Of a stretch of DNA of 64,000 nt, positions 19,458 through 28,474 are shown piece by piece. Within the stretch, counting starts at the first letter, position 1. Every line of letters begins with the position of its first letter. Origin of the DNA: Acidobacteriota bacterium (lineage in GTDB: Bacteria; Acidobacteriota; Vicinamibacteria; Vicinamibacterales; CAVVIG01); the NCBI GenBank assembly GCA_016195265.1, contig JACPZW010000009.1, forward strand, positions 1,125-65,124, read 5' to 3'. The position numbers were made by a program, and so were the translations under genes. The notes beneath the pieces were generated by a model. That model was not told the DNA's origin, did no database searches, and was given only the letters and a program-made list of their open reading frames with translations.

Positions 19458-21929
19458 ATGGCAAAAGCGCTCGTCGTGGTCGAGTCGCCGGCGAAGGCGA
19501 AGACCATCAACAAATATCTCGGACGTGACTTCAAAGTCATCGCGTCGATGGGGCACATCCGCGATCTCCCGAAGAGCAAGCTGGGCGTGGACATCGAGAA
19601 CGACTTCATCGAGACGTATGAATCGCTCGTGTCGCGCAAGAAGGTCCTGAAGGAGCTGAAGGACGCCGCCAGGGACGCGTCGGACATCTACGTCGCGACC
19701 GACCCCGATCGCGAAGGCGAGGCGATTGGCTGGCATCTCATCGAGGAGCTCAAGGGCAAGAAGCGGAAGTTTCATCGGCTGACCTTCAACGAAATCACCA
19801 AGAAGGCGATTACCGAAGCGTTGAAGCATCCGCGCGCCATCGACGAGAAGATGGTCGACGCGCAGCGGGCCCGCCGCGTGCTCGACCGGCTGGTCGGCTA
19901 CAAGATCAGCCCGCTGCTGTGGGACAAGGTGCGCCGCGGCCTCAGCGCTGGCCGCGTGCAGTCGGTCGCCTTGAAGCTGGTCTGCGATCGCGAGCGCGAG
20001 ATCGAACGATTCGTGCCCGAGGAATACTGGCACGTGTTCGCCCGGCTGGCGGGTCCGCAGCCGCCGGAGTTCGAAGCGAAGCTGTTCAAGAAGGCCGGCG
20101 ACGCGATCCGCGTGGCGAACGAGGATCAGTCGAAGGCGATTCTCTCGGACCTCGAGCGCGCGTCGTGGGTGGTGTCCTCGGTCGCCACCAAGGAGCGCAG
20201 GCGCAACCCGGCGCCGCCCTTCATCACAAGCAAGCTGCAACAGACCGCACGCTTCCCCGTGAAGAAGACGATGATGCTGGCGCAGCAGCTCTACGAAGGC
20301 GTGGAGCTGCCCGGGCTCGGCGTCGAAGGGCCGATCGGCCTCATCACGTACATGCGCACGGACTCGGTCCGGATCGCAGACGAAGCCCTCGCGGCCGTCC
20401 GCGATCACGTCAGGACCGCGTTCGGGCCCGACTACCTGCCCGAGACCCCGAACGCCTACAAGTTGAAATCCGACGCGCAGGACGCGCACGAGGCGATTCG
20501 TCCGACGTCGATGCAGTACGACCCGGAAACCGTCCGGCCGTACCTCACGCAGGATCAGTACTCGCTCTACCGCCTGATCTGGAACCGGTTCGTCGCGTCG
20601 CAGATGACGCCGTCGACGTTCGACGAGACCACCGTCGACATCTCGGCCGCCCCACCGACAGGCTCTGAGCAGGCGGACTATGTGTTCCGCGTCAAGGGCA
20701 CCGTGCCGAAATTCGCCGGGTGGATGGCGACGTACGGTCCCGCGCAGAGCGAGGAAGAGAAGGAGCCTGTCGCGGCGCCGGAGCGCGACGCCGACGAGGA
20801 TGGCGCGGTGTCCGGCGTGCTGCCGGCGCTGGCGGAGGGCGATCGCCTGGAACTGAAAACGCTGCGGCCCGAACAGAAGTTCACGCAGCCGCCGCCGCGC
20901 TTCACGGAAGCCACGCTCGTGAAGGAGCTCGAGGAGAACGGCATCGGCCGCCCGAGCACCTATGCGTCGATCATCGGCGTCCTGCAGGACCGTGAGTACG
21001 TCCACAAAACCGAGGGCAAGTTCAAGCCGTCACAGATGGGCCTGATGATCAGCGATCTGCTCGTGAAGAGCTTCGACGACATCATCGACGTCGAGTACAC
21101 GCGCAGCCTCGAGGACGACCTCGACAAGATCGAGCAGGGCAAGACCGGCTACGCGAAGACCCTCAAGGAGTTCTACAAGAAGTTCAAGAAGGACCTGACG
21201 AAGGCCGGCAAGGAGATGATCGATCTCAAGAAGGGAATCGACATCGGCGAGGCCTGCGACAAGTGCGGCAAGCCGATGCTCAAGCGCGTCGGCAAGTTCG
21301 GCCTCTTCATCGCGTGCAGCGGATACCCGGACTGCACGAACACGCGCGAGGTCGAGGGCGCGGAGCCCGAGTCCGAGAACGGCGAGGAAGAGATCGATCC
21401 GTGCGAGAACTGCGGCAAGCCGATGGCCGTCAAGCGCGGCCGGTTCGGCCAGTTCCTCGCGTGCACGGGGTATCCCGACTGCAAGACGACGCGCAAGCTG
21501 ATCGCGACCAAGCAGGGCGGCCTCAGGGCCGCGAAGCCCGACCAGATCCTCGAGGAGCCGTGCCCGCGCTGCGGCGCCAGCCTCGTCATCAAGCAGGGCC
21601 GCTTCGGCGAGTTCACCGCGTGCACGAAGTACCCCGAGTGCAAGTACGTCAAGCACAAGACGACCGGCGTGAGGTGCCCGAAGGACGCCGACAAGGGCGG
21701 TGACGTCGTCGAGCGCAAGTCGCGCCGCGGGAAGATCTTCTTCGGCTGCTCGAACTATCCCGATTGCGACTTCGTGCTGTGGAACCGGCCGGTCGCGGAA
21801 ACCTGCCCGAAGTGCGCGGCGCCGTACCTGGTCGAGAAGACGACGAAGAAGCACGGCCGGCAGATTCTCTGCAACAATGAGGACTGCGATTATGCGCGGT
21901 CCGAGGAACTCCCGGAATCAGCCGCCTGA
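19458..21929 (+). CDS. topA: DNA topoisomerase I
   Basis: A TOPRIM domain (LVVVESPAKAKTI), an active-site region (ITYMRTDS) and four C-terminal CxxC...C zinc ribbons. Confidence 0.97.
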   Translation: MAKALVVVESPAKAKTINKYLGRDFKVIASMGHIRDLPKSKLGVDIENDFIETYESLVSRKKVLKELKDAARDASDIYVATDPDREGEAIGWHLIEELKGKKRKFHRLTFNEITKKAITEALKHPRAIDEKMVDAQRARRVLDRLVGYKISPLLWDKVRRGLSAGRVQSVALKLVCDREREIERFVPEEYWHVFARLAGPQPPEFEAKLFKKAGDAIRVANEDQSKAILSDLERASWVVSSVATKERRRNPAPPFITSKLQQTARFPVKKTMMLAQQLYEGVELPGLGVEGPIGLITYMRTDSVRIADEALAAVRDHVRTAFGPDYLPETPNAYKLKSDAQDAHEAIRPTSMQYDPETVRPYLTQDQYSLYRLIWNRFVASQMTPSTFDETTVDISAAPPTGSEQADYVFRVKGTVPKFAGWMATYGPAQSEEEKEPVAAPERDADEDGAVSGVLPALAEGDRLELKTLRPEQKFTQPPPRFTEATLVKELEENGIGRPSTYASIIGVLQDREYVHKTEGKFKPSQMGLMISDLLVKSFDDIIDVEYTRSLEDDLDKIEQGKTGYAKTLKEFYKKFKKDLTKAGKEMIDLKKGIDIGEACDKCGKPMLKRVGKFGLFIACSGYPDCTNTREVEGAEPESENGEEEIDPCENCGKPMAVKRGRFGQFLACTGYPDCKTTRKLIATKQGGLRAAKPDQILEEPCPRCGASLVIKQGRFGEFTACTKYPECKYVKHKTTGVRCPKDADKGGDVVERKSRRGKIFFGCSNYPDCDFVLWNRPVAETCPKCAAPYLVEKTTKKHGRQILCNNEDCDYARSEELPESAA

Positions 21930-21940
21930 GAAAATGCGGC

Positions 21941-21985
21941 CACGAAGACACGAAACCACGAAGAAGATGATTCGTGTTTTCGTGT
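21941..21985. repeat. CACGAAG-family hairpin after topA; probable terminator or mRNA end structure
   Basis: ACACGAAA-c-CACGAA (21948-21962) pairs with TTCGTG-t-TTTCGTGT (21971-21985). That is 14 bp with one mismatch and an 8-nt loop. Confidence 0.65.
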
Positions 21986-22001
21986 TGGGCCGGCCCGCAC
22001 A

Positions 22002-23444
22002 ATGATCACGATCGTTGGCGGCGGTCTCGCGGGTTCTGAAGCCGCGTGGCAGGCGGCCGAATGTGACGTTCCCGTCACGCTCCACGAGATGCGTCCGGTC
22101 CGGCCGACGGTGGTGCACAAGACGGACCGGCTCGCCGAGCTCGTCTGCAGCAACTCCTTCCGCGGCGACAAACTCGACAATGCCGTCGGCCTCCTCAAGG
22201 AGGAAATGCGACGCCTCGGGTCGCTCGTCATGCGCGCGGCGGAGGCGAGCCGCGTGCCCGCCGGCGCGGCGCTGGCCGTCGATCGCGAGCGGTTCGCCGA
22301 GACGATCACGCGCGCGATCACTAAACATCCGCGAATCACCGTGACGCGGCAGGAGGTCACGGCGATTCCGGATTCCAGCGAGCGCGCTCCGGTCATCATC
22401 GCGACAGGCCCGCTGACGTCCGACCCGCTTTCCGCGGCGATCGCCGTGCTCGTTGGCGAGCGGTATCTGTATTTCTACGACGCCATAAGCCCGATCGTCC
22501 TCGCCGAGACCATCGATCGATCGCGAGTGTTCCGCGCGTCGCGGTGGGGAAGAAGCCTTGGCCCGAAGAGCGACGTGCGGGGTGCGGAGTGCGACGTGCG
22601 GCGTACGGAGCGGGGCGACGTGGTCCCCGCGGAGCGCGTCCGGGGGGCGGGGGCCCCCGGATTGGACAATGATGGGCAGGGCGATTACCTGAATTGCCCG
22701 CTGACGCTCGACGAGTACGACCGCTTCTACAACGCGCTGGTGACGGCCGAGTCGGCGACCGTGCACGACTTCGACAAGGAGCGCTTCTTCGAAGGCTGCC
22801 TGCCGATCGAGGTGATGGCGCATCGCGGCCGCGACACGCTGCGCTTCGGTCCGATGAAGCCGGTCGGGCTCGTCGATCCGCGAACCGGGCGCGAACCGTA
22901 CGCGGCGGTGCAATTGCGCCAGGACAATCTCGCCGGCGACCATTTCAGCCTCGTCGGCTTTCAAACGCAGATCAAATGGGGCGAGCAGGCGCGCGTCCTG
23001 CGGCTGATTCCTGGTCTCGAGCAGGCGGAGTTCGTCCGCTTCGGCATGGTCCATCGCAACACCTATGTGAACGGGCCGTCGGTGCTCGACGAGACGTGGC
23101 AGGTGAGAGCGCGGCCGACGCTGTTCTTCGCAGGACAGATGTCCGGCGTCGAAGGGTACGTGGAGTCGGCGGCGTCCGGTTTAATCGCGGGGTTGAACGC
23201 CGCCGCCCTCGCGCGAGGCGAGGCGATCGCGCCTCCGCCCCGGACCACGGCCATCGGCGCGCTGGCGTATTACGTGGCGCACGCGAATCCGGCGCACTAC
23301 GAGCCGTCCAACATCACGTTCGGGATCATCCCGCCGCTGCCCCACGCGCCGCGCGGGAAGAAGCTGCGCAACCAGGCGCTCTCCGATCGCGCGCTCGCCG
23401 ACCTCGACGGCTGGATGCGATCGCGCACGCTGGTGCACCAGTGA
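22002..23444 (+). CDS. trmFO: Methylenetetrahydrofolate--tRNA-(uracil-5-)-methyltransferase
   Basis: Motifs include ITIVGGGLAGSEAAWQ, LVCSNSFR, YLNCPL and FAGQMSGVEGYVESAASG. Confidence 0.95.
   Translation: MITIVGGGLAGSEAAWQAAECDVPVTLHEMRPVRPTVVHKTDRLAELVCSNSFRGDKLDNAVGLLKEEMRRLGSLVMRAAEASRVPAGAALAVDRERFAETITRAITKHPRITVTRQEVTAIPDSSERAPVIIATGPLTSDPLSAAIAVLVGERYLYFYDAISPIVLAETIDRSRVFRASRWGRSLGPKSDVRGAECDVRRTERGDVVPAERVRGAGAPGLDNDGQGDYLNCPLTLDEYDRFYNALVTAESATVHDFDKERFFEGCLPIEVMAHRGRDTLRFGPMKPVGLVDPRTGREPYAAVQLRQDNLAGDHFSLVGFQTQIKWGEQARVLRLIPGLEQAEFVRFGMVHRNTYVNGPSVLDETWQVRARPTLFFAGQMSGVEGYVESAASGLIAGLNAAALARGEAIAPPPRTTAIGALAYYVAHANPAHYEPSNITFGIIPPLPHAPRGKKLRNQALSDRALADLDGWMRSRTLVHQ
22574..22615. 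repeat. GTGCGGN heptad array inside trmFO
   Basis: The units are cgtgcgg ggtgcgg agtgcga cgtgcgg cgtacgg agcgggg. The reverse complement of GGTGCGGAGTGCG recurs at 60455-60467. Confidence 0.7.
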
Positions 23445-24424
23445 CGCGCCATCTGAAGGCGTTCCTGCAGTTCCTCGCGCTCAATCGCAACGCGTCCGCG
23501 CACACGGTTCGCGCCTACGAGAGCGATCTCGGCCAGCTTTTCGCCTTCACGGCTGCCGCGGCGAAGACGTCCGTCGCGGACCTTCAGCCGGCGCAACTCG
23601 ATCGCCTGGCGCTGCGCGGCTTCCTCGGCGATCTGCACAAGCAGGGACAGTCACGCGCGTCGGCGGCGCGCAAGCTCGCGGCCGCCCGGACGTTTCTCAA
23701 GTACCTCCGCCGCGAAGGCGTCATCGAGGACGATCCCGGCGCGCTGGTCTCCACGCCGAAGCGGGACATCCGCATGCCGGCGCACCTGTCCGAAGGCGAG
23801 ATGTCGGCGCTGCTCGACGCGCCGGCCCTCGACAACGCGCTGGGCCGCCGCGATCGCGCGATCCTCGAGCTGTTCTACGCGTCGGGCCTGCGCGTCAGTG
23901 AGCTGGCCGGTCTCGACATCGATGACGTGAACCTGAGCGCGCGCATGGTCCGTGTGCTCGGCAAGGGCGGCAAGGAACGCATCGTCCCGTTCAACACGAG
24001 CGCGACGAAAGCGATCCGAGCCTACTTGAACGATCGCGAGCAGCTGGTGCGAGGCGGGGGTTCGAATCGTGGCGTCCGGCTTCAGCCGGACCGTCGTGGT
24101 CCGTCTAAAGGCGGACGCCACGCGGGAAACCGCGACCCGCTCTTCGTGAACTATCTTGGCCGGCGCTTGACGGTGCGGAGCATCGCGCGGCTGGTTCGGC
24201 GCTACGTCGCCGCGAGCAGCGCGCGGATGGGCATCAGTCCGCACGCCCTCCGGCATTCGTTCGCGACGCACCTGCTCCAGCGCGGCGCCGACCTGCGTGC
24301 GATCCAGGAGCTGCTTGGTCACGCGCGTCTCAGCACGACGCAGCGCTACACGCACGTGAACGCGGCGCAGCTGCTGGAGGTTTACAGGAAGTCGCACCCA
24401 CGGGCGAAGTCCACCAACGGCTAA
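23441..24424 (+). CDS. xerC: Tyrosine recombinase XerC
   Basis: N-terminal SAM-like core (FLALNRNASAHTVRAYESDL) and catalytic residues in ...RDRAILELFYASGLRVSEL...HALRHSFATHLL...LLGHARLSTTQRYTH. The GTG overlaps the trmFO stop codon (GTGA). Confidence 0.9.
   Translation: MTRHLKAFLQFLALNRNASAHTVRAYESDLGQLFAFTAAAAKTSVADLQPAQLDRLALRGFLGDLHKQGQSRASAARKLAAARTFLKYLRREGVIEDDPGALVSTPKRDIRMPAHLSEGEMSALLDAPALDNALGRRDRAILELFYASGLRVSELAGLDIDDVNLSARMVRVLGKGGKERIVPFNTSATKAIRAYLNDREQLVRGGGSNRGVRLQPDRRGPSKGGRHAGNRDPLFVNYLGRRLTVRSIARLVRRYVAASSARMGISPHALRHSFATHLLQRGADLRAIQELLGHARLSTTQRYTHVNAAQLLEVYRKSHPRAKSTNG
24068..24122. repeat. Nested palindromic (REPIN-like) element inside xerC
   Basis: CGTGGCGTCCG (24068-78) pairs with CGGACGCCACG (24112-22). 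Inner hairpins are GTCCGGC-ttca-GCCGGAC and CGGACC-gtcgt-GGTCCG. Confidence 0.7.
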
Positions 24425-24425
24425 T

Positions 24426-24458
24426 CATGAAGCCACGAAGAACACGAAGCGCACGAAG
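24426..24458. repeat. CACGAAG array forming the left arm only
   Basis: CATGAAG and three copies of CACGAAG sit at 24426, 24434, 24443 and 24452, directly after the xerC stop codon. Confidence 0.7.
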
Positions 24459-24534
24459 AAGATCAGAGAGTAGAGCCTCACGTTGATGCCGATCCTCGGA
24501 ATGGCGCCTTCCGCCTATCCTCGGACTTCGCGGC

Positions 24535-24554
24535 AATTGGCGCCGGCGCCAATT
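24535..24554. repeat. Perfect 20-bp palindrome
   Basis: AATTGGCGCCGGCGCCAATT lies in an apparently non-coding 380-nt stretch. Confidence 0.8.
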
Positions 24555-24849
24555 CGTGGGTCCGGGCGCTGTCGAATTCAGGCGAATCGCACGGGCCGAA
24601 GGACTTGCCCCCGGACCGCGTGGCGTCAATAAATGCCCGCGAGTGGCGGGTGGTTCATGCGCGCGAGCGCACGTGCAACGAGCGGCTGACTAGCAATTGT
24701 CGCGATCCGCCCATAGAACGTTAGCCAGCGGAATCAACAACAACTCAAGGCGAACGATCAAGAACACGAAATTTGCCACGAGCACGAACTGCCGGCTTCA
24801 ACATCTACAGTCTTGACCGGGCGGTCGTGTCCCCTCTACTCTGTTCCGC

Positions 24850-25077
24850 ATGGAATACCAACACTTGATCACGATCGAAACCGGCAAACGGGGCGGGAAA
24901 CCGTGTATTCGTGGGCTACGCATCACCGTCTCGGACGTGCTCGACTACCTCGCATCGGGCATGTCTGAAGATGAAGTTCTTCGCGATTTTCCGGATCTGA
25001 CGCACGAAGACATCCGCGCGTGCTTCGCGTTCGCGGCTGATCGCGAACGGCGGCTCATGGCAATCGGCACGAAGTGA
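24850..25077 (+). CDS. DUF433-family antitoxin-like protein
   Basis: The sequence GKRGGKPCIRGLRITVSDVLDYLASGMSEDEVLRDFPDLTHEDI matches the DUF433 pattern as I recall it. Confidence 0.85.
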   Translation: MEYQHLITIETGKRGGKPCIRGLRITVSDVLDYLASGMSEDEVLRDFPDLTHEDIRACFAFAADRERRLMAIGTK

Positions 25078-25406
25078 AACTGCTGCTCGATCAGAATCTC
25101 TCTCACCGACTCTGCGACCGTCTTGCCGATCTCGGGGTTACCGCTGTGCATGTTCGCAGCGTTGGGCTGGAAACCGCTGATGATGCTCGCGTCTGGGACC
25201 ATGCTGCCGAGCACGAGTTCATGATCGTCAGCAAGGACGGAGACTTCAACAATCGAGCGTTTCTCTTTGGGCCTCCGCCAAAGGTGGTTTGGATTCAACG
25301 AGGCAACTGTTCGACGCGAGACATTGAGGACCTATTGCGAGCGCGTCACGCGGATCTGGTCACGTTCGCTGCTGATGCCTCGGCCGCGTTGCTTATTCTC
25401 GAGTAG
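25074..25406 (+). CDS. DUF5615 (PIN-like/Mut7-C-like) toxin-like protein
   Basis: The sequence is MKLLLDQNLSHRL...ADDARVWDHAAEHEFMIVSKDGDF. The GTG overlaps the upstream stop codon (GTGA). Confidence 0.85.
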   Translation: MKLLLDQNLSHRLCDRLADLGVTAVHVRSVGLETADDARVWDHAAEHEFMIVSKDGDFNNRAFLFGPPPKVVWIQRGNCSTRDIEDLLRARHADLVTFAADASAALLILE

Positions 25407-25553
25407 ACCGAGAGCCGGATCATACTGGCTCGCTGGCTAACAACGCGCTGGAGCCGTCGGCGCGGAACTGACGCTGGCGCGCCGCGGCTCAGCGCGAACG
25501 TTGGGCTGACGGCAAACACGAACGCGAAACGTGACGATGGTAGAATCGTAATC

Positions 25554-25733
25554 ATGGAAATCACCGAGAAGCAGCGCGCCATCGAGGCGCTTCGGGCCTT
25601 GCCCGAACACGCCACGATCGAGGATGCGATCGAGCGGCTGTGCTTCATCGCGAAGATCGAAGAGGGATTGCGTCAATCGGATGCACACCAGCTCGTGTCC
25701 CACGATGAGGTCAAAAAGCAGTTCTTGTCGTGA
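25554..25733 (+). CDS. Small antitoxin partner of the ParE/RelE toxin; not in the ORF track (59 aa)
   Basis: My own translation gives MEITEKQRAIEALRALPEHATIEDAIERLCFIAKIEEGLRQSDAHQLVSHDEVKKQFLS. Its stop codon overlaps the toxin GTG (GTGA). Confidence 0.7.
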   Translation: MEITEKQRAIEALRALPEHATIEDAIERLCFIAKIEEGLRQSDAHQLVSHDEVKKQFLS

Positions 25734-26023
25734 GGGTCGTGTTCTGGACGAAGCAAGCGCTGGCCGATCTGGCCGCGATTCGCGCGTTCATCAGTCAGGA
25801 CTCGCCTCACTACGCGTCGGTCATCGTCTCCCGGCTCATCGCGGCGACAGATCGATTGGTTCCATTCCCTGAATCTGGCCGAGCAGTACCGGAATTCGAC
25901 GATCCGTTGGTCCGGGAAGTCGTGGACCGGCCCTACCGCATCGTCTATCGACTGGTGGGTATCGACGAGGTTCACGTGCTGACGGTCCATCACTCATCAC
26001 AGAGCTTCCCCGAAGAACTCTGA
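25730..26023 (+). CDS. RelE/ParE-family toxin
   Basis: The sequence WTKQALADLAAIRAFISQDSP...FPESGRAVPEF...REVVDRPYRIVYRL...VHVLTVHH has a typical ParE layout. Confidence 0.85.
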   Translation: MRVVFWTKQALADLAAIRAFISQDSPHYASVIVSRLIAATDRLVPFPESGRAVPEFDDPLVREVVDRPYRIVYRLVGIDEVHVLTVHHSSQSFPEEL

Positions 26024-26039
26024 TCTGCAGCCCAACACC

Positions 26040-26966
26040 GGGCGCGGGGCGTTCACGGGCGCGGCAGGATCGTGTGGAGGTGTTCGAGGCCGCCCACGAC
26101 GGCACGCTGTTCCTCGATGAAGTGCGTGACGTATCGCCGGCGCTGCAGGTGCGGTTGTTGCGCGTGCTGCAGGCCCGCGAGGTGCGACGCGTGGGGGAAG
26201 TGCGCCTGCGGCCCGTTGATGTGCGCCTGATTGCGGCCACGCATCGCGATCTGGCGGCGGACGTGGCGCAGGGGCGCTTCCGCCAGGACATGTACTACCG
26301 GTTGCGCGTCGTGGATGGGCACGTGGCGCCGCTGAGGGAGCGCGTCGCGGACGTGGGTGTGTTGATGGATCAGTTGCTGGCGCGCGTGGCAAGCCGGATG
26401 GGGCGGCGGATTCGCGGGTACACGGACGCTGCGCGGCAATTTCTGATTGATTATGCGTGGCCGGAGAACGTCCGCGAGCTGGAACTCGCCGTCGAGCGCG
26501 CGTGTACCGTCTCCGAACAGCCGCTGATCGACGTCGGCGACCTGCCGGACGCGATTCAGCATCGGTTTGTCGTGGATCCGCCGGCGGGCAGTCCCGCCCG
26601 CTGCGCGAGATGGAGCGCGAGTACGTGCAGCTCATCGTCCGGCGCCATCGGGGCGACCGCCGTCGCGCCGCTGAAGAACTCCCGATCTCGCTGGCGACGC
26701 TAAAACGCAAATTGATCGAGGCTCGGCGGCCCGACACGTATCGCGGGCGGCCCTTGTCGACCGCGTTCGTCGCCCGCGGCCTGCCGCAGACGTCTATCAG
26801 GGACCTCGACGCGAACCTTCAGCGAATCGTCGCGGCGATCCGCGACCATGCGGCGGGGATCGGCACACGGATCGCCGCCCGTGCGGCGATTGACGCCGCG
26901 ATCGCGGGAGGTCTGACCGCGATCCAGCATCTCGATTCGAAGCTCCACACACACGAAGACCAGTAA
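26040..26966 (+). pseudogene. 5'-truncated, doubly frameshifted sigma-54-dependent activator remnant
   Basis: GAFTGA (26046-26063) is in frame 0. GTLFLDEV...VRLIAATHRDL...WPENVRELE is in frame 1. The HTH (ELPISLATLKRKL) returns to frame 0. The receiver domain and Walker A are absent. Confidence 0.8.
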
Positions 26967-27003
26967 AGGCTTCGTGTACCTTCGTGGCCTTCGTGTCTTC
27001 GTG
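26951..27003. repeat. CACGAAG-family right arm, one CACGAAG plus four CTTCGTG
   Basis: ACACGAAG (26951-58) pairs with CTTCGTGT (26970-77). Further CTTCGTG units start at 26980, 26989 and 26997. Confidence 0.7.
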
Positions 27004-27014
27004 ATGTGCTTTGG

Positions 27015-28427
<1,413 letters not shown>

Positions 28428-28435
28428 CTTCCTAC

Positions 28436-28470
28436 CAGCCCTCAGCCCTCAGCCCTCAGCCCTCAGCCCT
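28436..28470. repeat. Perfect (CAGCCCT)x5 tandem heptad array
   Basis: Five exact units occupy most of the 47-nt gap between the kinase stop codon and the regulator start. Confidence 0.9.
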
Positions 28471-28474
28471 TTGC

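Noticed and set aside
19374-21005. 543-aa minus-strand ORF overlapping topA
   Set aside because: It is antisense to an unambiguous topoisomerase I gene. The composition is Arg/Leu-rich and shows no recognisable domain.
22694-23440. N-terminal 249 aa of the 576-aa track ORF that contains xerC
   Set aside because: This part overlaps trmFO out of frame. XerC homology starts at the GTG at 23441.
23441-24424. Tyrosine recombinase considered as the integrase of the adjacent TA islet
   Set aside because: It sits in the conserved topA-trmFO-xerC housekeeping string and has XerC-like motifs. Adjacency to the islet may still matter, but an integrase role is not supported by the sequence alone.
26074-26703. 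209-aa ORF considered as a stand-alone AAA+ protein, or as programmed frameshifting
   Set aside because: It lacks Walker A and any N-terminal domain. GAFTGA and the HTH are in another frame. It is best explained as a decayed gene.
28436-28470. Considered whether the tandem arrays (also 60361-60446) are CRISPR arrays
   Set aside because: The units are 7 nt (or about 29 nt) and directly abutting, with no unique spacers. There are no cas genes, leader or array-like spacing.
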